Assembly: GCA_964443745.1 (NCBI GenBank)
Contig: CAYUEN010000003.1
Location: 10,918-74,917, forward strand
DNA length: 64,000 nucleotides
Reading direction: 5' to 3'
Source of the DNA: an uncultured Campylobacterales bacterium
Lineage (GTDB): Bacteria > Campylobacterota > Campylobacteria > Campylobacterales > QNZT01
Part shown: one piece after another, positions 9,026 through 16,366 of the stretch
How the letters are laid out: each line of letters opens with the position of its first letter
Position numbering within the stretch: position 1 is the stretch's first letter
Position numbers and translations under genes: made by a program
Notes under the pieces: model-generated
Told to the model about the DNA's origin: nothing
The model's database searches: none
What the model saw: the letters and a program-made list of their open reading frames with translations, nothing else

Positions 9026-11218
9026 GTGATAATGGATACCCCGCAAATGCTTAGCGAGACGTTGCTGAAGCAAATAGAGAATTTCAAATTACAAAATAAA
9101 TTTTTAGATACCATTGAAGATATTGCATTTTTTTGTGCAAATGACGCACGTGAGATCGTCGAATGGAACCGTGCGAGCGAACTTCTCTACGGATATAGTC
9201 GCAGCGAAGCGCTCGGAAAAAAGATAGAAGATTTGATCATCCCTCTCCATGACAGAGAACGGTTTGTCGAAACATTTTCTCCTGATGTATGGATTGAGCG
9301 CGACGAGACCGAGCATCAGAAGAAAGAGGGAACGATACTGCTCGTATATCAGCGGGGGGCGTTTGTCGCGGATGCGGATGGAAAATGGCGATTTTTCAGT
9401 CTCAGTGTCGACATGACAAAACTGCGACAGATCAAAACGCTGCAGTATATGTTGCGGTCGGTCCATATCAAATCCGAAGTTCAAGAATCCAAAATGGTCG
9501 TCGTCTCTTTCGATCGCAATGGTCGTATCAACGGCTTCAACCCTTCTGCCGAAGAGTTGACCGGATATCGCAAAGATGAAGTTTTGGAGCGAAACTTCAT
9601 CACCCTTTTCTTGCCGGAAAGTTATCATGAAAAGATGATGACGACCATTCAAAAAGCATTCAAAGAGCGTAAACCGCAGCAGATGGATGCGTTTCCGATC
9701 ATCTGCAAGGATGGTACCAAGAAAGTTCTCTACTGGGAATACTCCGTCATCAGCGATCGGGACAGACAGGGAAACAGCTTTTTGCTGATCGGTCATGAAC
9801 GCAGCAACGATACGCATCTTCAGGAGCGGTTGGAGTATCTGGCCAATTACGACTCCCTCACCGACCTTCCGAACAAGAATCTCCTCTACGAGAGGCTCGG
9901 CAATGCGATCAACCGTGCGGCCAGATCGAACGAACGGCTCGTGACGATGTTCATCAATCTCGACAATTTCAAATCGATCAACCATACACTCGGTTATGCG
10001 GTAGGGGATGAATTGCTCAAATCGGTCGCAAACAGGCTCTACTCCAGGCTCAGGGATTACGATACGATCGCCCGGTTCGGCGGAGACGAATTCGTGCTCG
10101 TGTTCGAAAAGATCGACGATGAAATCCATGCGGCCTCTTTGGCGAAACGGGTGATGGAGGTTTTCAAAAAACCCTTTTTGATCAAAGGGAACGAACTCTT
10201 TCTTTCGGCGAACATGGGGATCGCCTTTTTCCCTTCCGACGGAAACGATCCCAAAACACTGATCAAAAACGCCAATTTGGCGATGCAACGCTCCAAGGAA
10301 CAGCCCGGTACGTCGTTTCAGATTTTCAAACACGAGATGCATGAAGAGATTACCAAAAGGGTGATTTTGGAGAGAAACCTCAGAAAAGCGATCGAAAACA
10401 GAGAATTTTTCGTCGAATATCAGCCACAGATCGATACCCAAACCAAAAAGATCGTCGGAGCCGAAGCGTTGGTACGGTGGAACCATCCCCAGCTCAGCAG
10501 AATCCCCCCTCTGGATTTCATTCCGATCGCGGAGGATACCGGAATGATTCTGGAGATCGGGCAGATCGTTCTCGAAGAGGCGATCGAGCAGATGCAACGC
10601 TGGCATAAGATGGGTTATGAGGATTTGAAAATTTCCATCAATATCTCCGGCGTGCAACTGCTGCAGAGCAATCTTTTCGAAACCGTCGAGAGGATCTTGA
10701 AGCGTTCCGGATTCGATCCCCGATATCTGGAGTTGGAGTTGACCGAAAGCATTCTGATGGAAAATATCGAACTCGCCTCTTCCCTTCTGCAGCGGTTCAA
10801 GAAGCGAGAGATACACCTCTCTATCGACGATTTCGGTACGGGGTATTCCTCCCTCGCCTATCTGAAAAAATTGCCGATCGATACACTCAAAATCGATCAA
10901 TCCTTTATCAAAAATATTCACAACAGCGAAAACGACAGAGTGATCGTCAATGCGATCATCGCGATGGCACACAGCCTGGGACTCGATGTGATCGCCGAAG
11001 GAGTCGAAAAGAAGAGCCAGTATGCCCACCTCAGACAACAGGGATGCGAAATTCTGCAGGGGTATTTTTTCGGAGAGCCGCTCGAAGCCGAGGCCTTCGA
11101 AGCGTTGATAGAGGAGCGTCGTATTTTGGAGGGGAGCGACTACAAACAGGCCCATTTCGATTTCGATCTGGAAGAGAAACTGAGAAAGTTCAGCGATCCC
11201 AACTATATCACCCGCTGA
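9026..11218 (+). CDS. PAS-PAS-GGDEF-EAL diguanylate cyclase/phosphodiesterase
   Basis: Two PAS motifs (WNRASELLYGY; FNPSAEELTGY), DSLTDLPN, RxxD plus GGDEF, EALVRW, DDFGTGYSSL. Confidence 0.95.
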   Translation: MIMDTPQMLSETLLKQIENFKLQNKFLDTIEDIAFFCANDAREIVEWNRASELLYGYSRSEALGKKIEDLIIPLHDRERFVETFSPDVWIERDETEHQKKEGTILLVYQRGAFVADADGKWRFFSLSVDMTKLRQIKTLQYMLRSVHIKSEVQESKMVVVSFDRNGRINGFNPSAEELTGYRKDEVLERNFITLFLPESYHEKMMTTIQKAFKERKPQQMDAFPIICKDGTKKVLYWEYSVISDRDRQGNSFLLIGHERSNDTHLQERLEYLANYDSLTDLPNKNLLYERLGNAINRAARSNERLVTMFINLDNFKSINHTLGYAVGDELLKSVANRLYSRLRDYDTIARFGGDEFVLVFEKIDDEIHAASLAKRVMEVFKKPFLIKGNELFLSANMGIAFFPSDGNDPKTLIKNANLAMQRSKEQPGTSFQIFKHEMHEEITKRVILERNLRKAIENREFFVEYQPQIDTQTKKIVGAEALVRWNHPQLSRIPPLDFIPIAEDTGMILEIGQIVLEEAIEQMQRWHKMGYEDLKISINISGVQLLQSNLFETVERILKRSGFDPRYLELELTESILMENIELASSLLQRFKKREIHLSIDDFGTGYSSLAYLKKLPIDTLKIDQSFIKNIHNSENDRVIVNAIIAMAHSLGLDVIAEGVEKKSQYAHLRQQGCEILQGYFFGEPLEAEAFEALIEERRILEGSDYKQAHFDFDLEEKLRKFSDPNYITR

Positions 11219-11239
11219 GAGTGTAGTGAATCGTAAAAA

Positions 11240-11279
11240 TGACGATAATAGTATATGATACTATTGACTATTATCGTCA
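11240..11279. repeat. Perfect 13-bp inverted repeat with nested 8-bp inverted repeat (probable operator)
   Basis: TGACGATAATAGT (11240-52) / ACTATTATCGTCA (11267-79); AATAGTAT (11247-54) / ATACTATT (11258-65). Confidence 0.85.
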
Positions 11280-11292
11280 AAAGTGTTATACT
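11264..11292 (+). promoter_or_regulatory. sigma70 promoter of the recombinase-like/ccoG operon
   Basis: TTGACT-N17-TATACT with TGn extended -10. Confidence 0.75.
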
Positions 11293-11341
11293 TTCGCCAC
11301 GGGATAGATAGGATATCTGCCCGAAATAGGAGAAAACACAG

Positions 11342-12019
11342 GTGGTAGTAGCACTTCTTCGAGGGAAGAACAGAACATGTTCCATCTCCGACCAACAGGC
11401 ATTTTTGATCGAATATGCCTATAAACACGGAATCGCGATCGAAATCACGGAGATCGACGACGATCTGCCGACGCTCGAACTCGAAAAGCGGGAACATCTG
11501 CTCGACCTCATCCATCGACTGAAGGGTGGAGATACCATTTTGATCTACGATCTTTGGGTCTTGAGCAAGAAAGTGGGCGAACTGGCGAAAATTTTCAGTT
11601 GCGCACTCAAAAACAATACAAGTATCCATATCTGTAAGCGCGATATTGTCATCGACCGTCAGATACCGCTGGAGATCATGATGGAGATTCTCTCGACACA
11701 AAGAGAGCAGAACCTCAAAGGTACCAAACGGGTGATAGGGAGGCCGAAAGGGAGTTTTTCCCGGTCGAAATTCGATCCTTATAAGAGTGAAATCGTTAAA
11801 ATGCTCGAAGAGAATCTCTCTGTCAGCGAAATAGCCAAAAAGTTGCAGGTGAGCAGGAGTTCTCTGAAAGACTATATCAATTCACGTTCACTCAAAGAGA
11901 TCGTCGACTCCCAGAAGATGGGATCGGAAGGTGCCGTAGCCCGGGTGAAGTCGCTCTCTTCGAATGTCACGGACGAATGTCCGTTGAAAGTAAACACGAA
12001 AATTTCACACAAAGGATAG
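11342..12019 (+). CDS. Serine recombinase (resolvase)-family protein with C-terminal HTH; catalytic motifs degenerate
   Basis: AGGAG RBS; GDTILIYDL fold motif, GRPKGS arm, HTH LSVSEIAKKLQVSRSSL; RVS replaced by RGK. Confidence 0.8.
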   Translation: MVVALLRGKNRTCSISDQQAFLIEYAYKHGIAIEITEIDDDLPTLELEKREHLLDLIHRLKGGDTILIYDLWVLSKKVGELAKIFSCALKNNTSIHICKRDIVIDRQIPLEIMMEILSTQREQNLKGTKRVIGRPKGSFSRSKFDPYKSEIVKMLEENLSVSEIAKKLQVSRSSLKDYINSRSLKEIVDSQKMGSEGAVARVKSLSSNVTDECPLKVNTKISHKG

Positions 12020-12022
12020 ACT

Positions 12023-13477
12023 ATGGCCGAAGCCGTCGCGCAACCGCGCAAAAGCTCCAAAGAGCGAATGAAAGAGTATCTCAAAGGGTGGATTCCCTAC
12101 CGATACAAGAGATATTACTTTTTTGTTTTCCTCACGATCGTAGCGCTGGTGCTGCCGTTTATCAAGATCAACGGCAACCACTTCTTTCTGCTCAACTTCG
12201 ACCACAAACAGTTGCATCTCTTTTTCGTCAGATTCGATATGCAGGAACTCTATCTGATGCCGTTTCTGCTCATCTTCGGCTTTTTGGGTGTCTTTTTCAT
12301 CACGACGCTCGGAGGGCGTGTCTGGTGCGGCTGGGCCTGTCCGCAGACGATTTTCAGGGTCATCTATAGAGATTTGATCCAGACGAAGCTACTGGGAATC
12401 CGTAAAAACATTCTCAACAAGCAGAAAGAGCCCGACTATTCCAAGCCCGAAAACAGAGTCAAGGGTGCGATCGGTTTCCTGATTTGGGTCGTGCTCTCTT
12501 TTATCGCGGCGGCGGATTTTCTCTGGTATTTCGTGCCGCCGGAGGATTTTTTCCAATATATCAAAAATCCGAGCGAACACGGCGTATTGATGGGGGCGCT
12601 TTTCATCGTCGCCGGTTTTCTGATCTACGACATCGTCAAGCTGAAAGAGGATTTTTGTATCTATGTCTGTCCCTATGCGAGGGTGCAGTCGGTTATGTAC
12701 GACGAAGAGACAATACAGACGATCTACAATACCTACCGCGGCGGCCATATCTACAGTGAAGATCAGGAGGTCAAACTCGTTCACAACCTCAAAGAGTTGC
12801 ATGAACGCGAGCCGGATGCGGAGTGTACGATGTGCGACAGTTGCGTGCGTGTCTGTCCTACACATATCGATATCAAACGCGGTACCCAACTGGAGTGTAT
12901 CAACTGTCTGGAGTGTGCGGATGCGTGTACGAAAGTGATGGCGGCACTCGGCAAGCCTTCCCTGATCACTTGGACCAGCTATTCGGCTGTCAAGGAGGGA
13001 AGAAAACCGAAATTCCTTCGATTCAGGACGATCGCCTACGGTGTCGCGCTGACACTCGCGCTGGTGGGACTCTTCTGGATGGGAAGCAAAAAAGAGTATA
13101 TGCTTCTGAATATCAACAGGACAACCCAGCTCTACAAAATCCATGATGATGGTACCGTGACCAACGCTTACACTTTCCTCTTCCAAAATACGGAGTCGAA
13201 AGACCATACCTACTATTTCGAGGTCGAAGGTCATCCGGAGATCAAGATTGTAAGACCCAAAAAGCCATTCAAACTTAGAGCGCGCCAGAAAGCGAAAAAA
13301 GTCGTAGTCCTCTCTACGGATAAAGTGTTGGTTAAAAATCCCACCAAAGATACGCCGATACCGATTACGATCAAAGCGTATGCCGTCGATGCGAAGGACA
13401 AAGTCGTTGTCAAGAGAAATACGACATTCGTCTTCCCCAGACTCGATCTCTACGAGAAAAAGATCAAAAAACAATAG
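12023..13477 (+). CDS. ccoG: Cytochrome c oxidase accessory polyferredoxin CcoG/FixG
   Basis: GRVWCGWACPQT, FCIYVCPY, CTMCDSCVRVCP, CINCLECADAC. Confidence 0.95.
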   Translation: MAEAVAQPRKSSKERMKEYLKGWIPYRYKRYYFFVFLTIVALVLPFIKINGNHFFLLNFDHKQLHLFFVRFDMQELYLMPFLLIFGFLGVFFITTLGGRVWCGWACPQTIFRVIYRDLIQTKLLGIRKNILNKQKEPDYSKPENRVKGAIGFLIWVVLSFIAAADFLWYFVPPEDFFQYIKNPSEHGVLMGALFIVAGFLIYDIVKLKEDFCIYVCPYARVQSVMYDEETIQTIYNTYRGGHIYSEDQEVKLVHNLKELHEREPDAECTMCDSCVRVCPTHIDIKRGTQLECINCLECADACTKVMAALGKPSLITWTSYSAVKEGRKPKFLRFRTIAYGVALTLALVGLFWMGSKKEYMLLNINRTTQLYKIHDDGTVTNAYTFLFQNTESKDHTYYFEVEGHPEIKIVRPKKPFKLRARQKAKKVVVLSTDKVLVKNPTKDTPIPITIKAYAVDAKDKVVVKRNTTFVFPRLDLYEKKIKKQ

Positions 13478-13484
13478 AGAGCAT

Positions 13485-13519
13485 ATCGCCGTGGAGGTTT
13501 TCTTCCCGGCGATTTCCCT
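13485..13519 (+). terminator. Hairpin/terminator after ccoG
   Basis: ATCGCCG...CGGCGAT stem with inner GGAGG/CTTCC pairing and a pyrimidine tail. Confidence 0.6.
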
Positions 13520-14058
13520 TCCCCTAATTTATTAAATATATTCCTCTCAAATCTGATATTCATATAAACTATTTGATTGAGAATCGTTACGAGATGTGCA
13601 ATAGGCCGGCTCGTGTTGGCGGGATATCGTGCCGCCGCACTTGTGACGATGGCAGTAGGGATTTATTTTCTGGACTTTCCTTTCGATGAAACCCTTTTCG
13701 AGACATTGAGGAGGCATTTTCACTCAAAGCGGCCCGCTATTGCCACCTGTATGCGAAAGGTGATCCTTTGGCGGAGTATATGATGGGAGAAATTGCTGTG
13801 TGGACGTAACACTCCAAGGAAGAAAATCGATATATGGCGGGGGTATTCGGATATCGCTGCGACAATGTATGTCGTATGGGAGTCATACTATTCCCGAAAC
13901 GCTATGGAGTTGCCTAAGGATAGTGGCAGATCGGATTGGGCGGCTTTCTGGAAATGAAAAGCCGCGAGTATTTTTCGAGAAGTTGTAGACACTTTTGACC
14001 GGTATCGCAGAAGAGTGGTAAATAGTGCCGATAGGACGATCTCGGAGTATGGAATATA

Positions 14059-14111
14059 GTAGCGGAGCCGGACATATTTCCAAAAAGACGCTCTCTTTCC
14101 GTATCCGCTAC
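14059..14111 (-). terminator. Hairpin downstream of the coiled-coil gene
   Basis: GTAGCGGA / TCCGCTAC plus CGGA / TCCG arms. Confidence 0.4.
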
Positions 14112-14123
14112 CTTCAATGGTGA

Positions 14124-15194
14124 TCAGCTCTTTTTCCGCTCCTTTTCAAACCGCTCTTTTGCCTCTTCGTAGATCTTGTCGATATCTAGCGACGAGGGAA
14201 CGAGCTTCTCCCTGATCTTCTTCCACCACCCCGTTGTGGAAATATCTGTGCGTTCTTCGGAGCTGATCGCTTCGCTCTGCTGAGAATGTGTCTGCAACTC
14301 CTCTTCCAATTCTTCGAGTTCGGCGACTTTTTCGGGATCGACACGCCCCGATCCCTTCATCGTATCTTCGATTTCGCGAAACTTGAGTGCGATTTTCTCT
14401 TTCCAGAGTGCCGCCTCCTTTTTCGCTTTTTCTATCTCCGATCGAAGATGTTGATTGGCTTCTTCGACATGAGCGAGGGAAGAGAGACGTTTTTGAAGTG
14501 AGTGGAATTCCCCCGTTAGAATTTCCTTTTCACCCTCTATCTTTTTGAGAATCTCCTCCTTGGACGTGAGGTTGTGAAGTGCCGATGCGAGTTTTTCCCC
14601 CATCTCCGCGAGGTTTTTCTCTTTCGCTTCGATACGCTGCAGAAGTTCTTTCCTTGTTTCGTCGAGTTTGGCGAGATGCTGTTCTTTTTCCGAAAGTTGT
14701 GTCTCGAGTCTCTTCTTTATCTCTTCGAAAGAATGCAAATCCGCTATTTTAGCACGGAGATGCTCCGCGGTCTCTTCGTATTTCTTCTCGAGTTCCAGAA
14801 GTTTTTTCTTCAAAAGACCCTGCTCTTTTGTGTGAGCGGTGAGAGCCTCTTCTTTGTCGAGCAGTGCCTGATCGAGGTCGTTTTTCTCTTTTTCGAGTTG
14901 GACGACCTTTTCGCTCAGTTTTCTGTTTTGTTCCGTCAACTCTTCGATATTGGCGCTAAGAGACTCCTTCTTTATCTCCGTATCGAGTAGGCGTTGTTTT
15001 GTCTCTTCAAAAAGTGTGTTATTGTCCGCAAGAGCCTTATGGGTACGTTTCAACTCTTCATGAAGAGAAGCGATCTGTGGTTCGTATTTCTCTTTTGCAA
15101 AAGCCCTGGCCAATAGATAACCGATAAGAAAGCCAAGAATGAGGGCTGCCAGCAAGCACAGAACCATTTTCGTGATGATGATTTCCATTTTCAT
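14124..15194 (-). CDS. Membrane-anchored long coiled-coil protein
   Basis: N-terminal TM (CLLAALILGFLIGYLL), then about 270 aa of E/K/L heptads; ATGA overlap with the upstream OmpA gene. Confidence 0.85.
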   Translation of the reverse strand: MKMEIIITKMVLCLLAALILGFLIGYLLARAFAKEKYEPQIASLHEELKRTHKALADNNTLFEETKQRLLDTEIKKESLSANIEELTEQNRKLSEKVVQLEKEKNDLDQALLDKEEALTAHTKEQGLLKKKLLELEKKYEETAEHLRAKIADLHSFEEIKKRLETQLSEKEQHLAKLDETRKELLQRIEAKEKNLAEMGEKLASALHNLTSKEEILKKIEGEKEILTGEFHSLQKRLSSLAHVEEANQHLRSEIEKAKKEAALWKEKIALKFREIEDTMKGSGRVDPEKVAELEELEEELQTHSQQSEAISSEERTDISTTGWWKKIREKLVPSSLDIDKIYEEAKERFEKERKKS

Positions 15195-16240
15195 ACTCCT
15201 CTTTTCAGTAAATATATTTCGACACGCCTATTTCTACGGTCGTTTGGATTTTCGGTGATGAATCCGCTCTCTCCGTATCCTCTGGCGACGATTTGCTTTT
15301 TTCTTTTCATATGCGAGAGAAGAAATTTTTTGACCGCTTCGGCTCTTTTTTTGCTCAACATTAGATTGTAGTCGGCATCTCCTCTAGCGTCGGTGTAACC
15401 CGCCACCTCAATCGTGATTCCACTCTCTTTGTCGAGCATACGGGCGATTTTGCGCAATGTTCTTTTACTCTTTTCACTCAATTGGGTGCTGTCGAGCTTG
15501 AAAGTGATCGGCTCTCCCACCAGAATCTCTGCGATTTTTTTCTCCGTTGCGTTCGCTTTTTGGACCTCTTTCTCCTCTTTGGGTACTGTCTCTACGACCT
15601 CCTGCAGAAAACTTCTATCATCCACATGGTATCCTTTCGCTCCAAATCTCTCTTCGATCCGCGAAAGTTTGTCGAAATCGGCTTTTTGATTGAAAACTCC
15701 GTCGACGATCACTTCCTTGTCTCTGATCATCAGCGAAGATTGGGGTATTTTCGCCTCTTCGAAAAGCTTTACGATCTCCAACGCCTCGTCGATCCATTCG
15801 GCACTTTCCCTCCCCTTTTCAGTCGTGATTTGCAAATCGCATGGGTGGGATTCGCAGTAGGAATCTATATGCGAAAGCAGCCTGTTTTTCCTGTCAAGAT
15901 CGGATACTATCGCGGTGACCTGGAGCTTCTCTCCCGAAATATAGGCGAATGATGGAGCTATCGGTTGGGTTGGGGTGGTTTTTGACGGATTCGTATCGTT
16001 TATTTCTGTAGTGGCAGGTTCTGGTGTTTCGTTTGCAGTCGTGGACTCTTCGATTTTTTGAAGATTTTCATTCTGCAGTGTTGCGGGTGTCGTCGCCGCG
16101 AGGTGTTGTGTGGGATTGGCAGACTCTTTTTGGGATGGCATCAAAGCGGCCGCGATCTCCTCTTTTTTGGTGGTGACACAAAGATAGATCAACAACGCGG
16201 AGAGTACAGTCCCAAGCAGCAAAATCACTTTGCTCGACAT
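15191..16240 (-). CDS. Membrane-anchored OmpA_C-like peptidoglycan-binding protein
   Basis: N-terminal TM, T/P-rich linker, GYTDARG...NLMLSKKRAEAV...GYGE...NRRVEI. Confidence 0.92.
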   Translation of the reverse strand: MSSKVILLLGTVLSALLIYLCVTTKKEEIAAALMPSQKESANPTQHLAATTPATLQNENLQKIEESTTANETPEPATTEINDTNPSKTTPTQPIAPSFAYISGEKLQVTAIVSDLDRKNRLLSHIDSYCESHPCDLQITTEKGRESAEWIDEALEIVKLFEEAKIPQSSLMIRDKEVIVDGVFNQKADFDKLSRIEERFGAKGYHVDDRSFLQEVVETVPKEEKEVQKANATEKKIAEILVGEPITFKLDSTQLSEKSKRTLRKIARMLDKESGITIEVAGYTDARGDADYNLMLSKKRAEAVKKFLLSHMKRKKQIVARGYGESGFITENPNDRRNRRVEIYLLKRGV

Positions 16241-16336
16241 TTGACTCCTCCTTTAGGTATTTCATTCAAGTATAGCACTGATATTTTCTATAATAAATTA
16301 AAATAATTATCTATTTTTAAAAAAAGATGAAAGTCT

Positions 16337-16359
16337 AAGAGAGTGTTGCACACTCTCTT
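16337..16359 (-). terminator. Terminator hairpin after nrdA
   Basis: AAGAGAGTGT-TGC-ACACTCTCTT perfect 10-bp stem. Confidence 0.75.
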
Positions 16360-16366
16360 TCATGGA

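Noticed and set aside
11342-12019. Active transposon or invertible element
   Set aside because: Catalytic Ser/Arg motifs are absent, there is no transposase, and no second copy of the inverted repeat was found
13601-13684. RNase P RNA-like words on the minus strand (GGAAAGTCC ... CCGGCCTAT)
   Set aside because: Only about 80 nt apart, and the P4 pairing does not form; too short for rnpB
14124-16240. Zorya ZorAB or MotAB interpretation of the OmpA/coiled-coil pair
   Set aside because: The partner has a single TM rather than a MotA-like multi-TM domain, the OmpA protein TM has no conserved Asp, and no zorC/D/E genes are present
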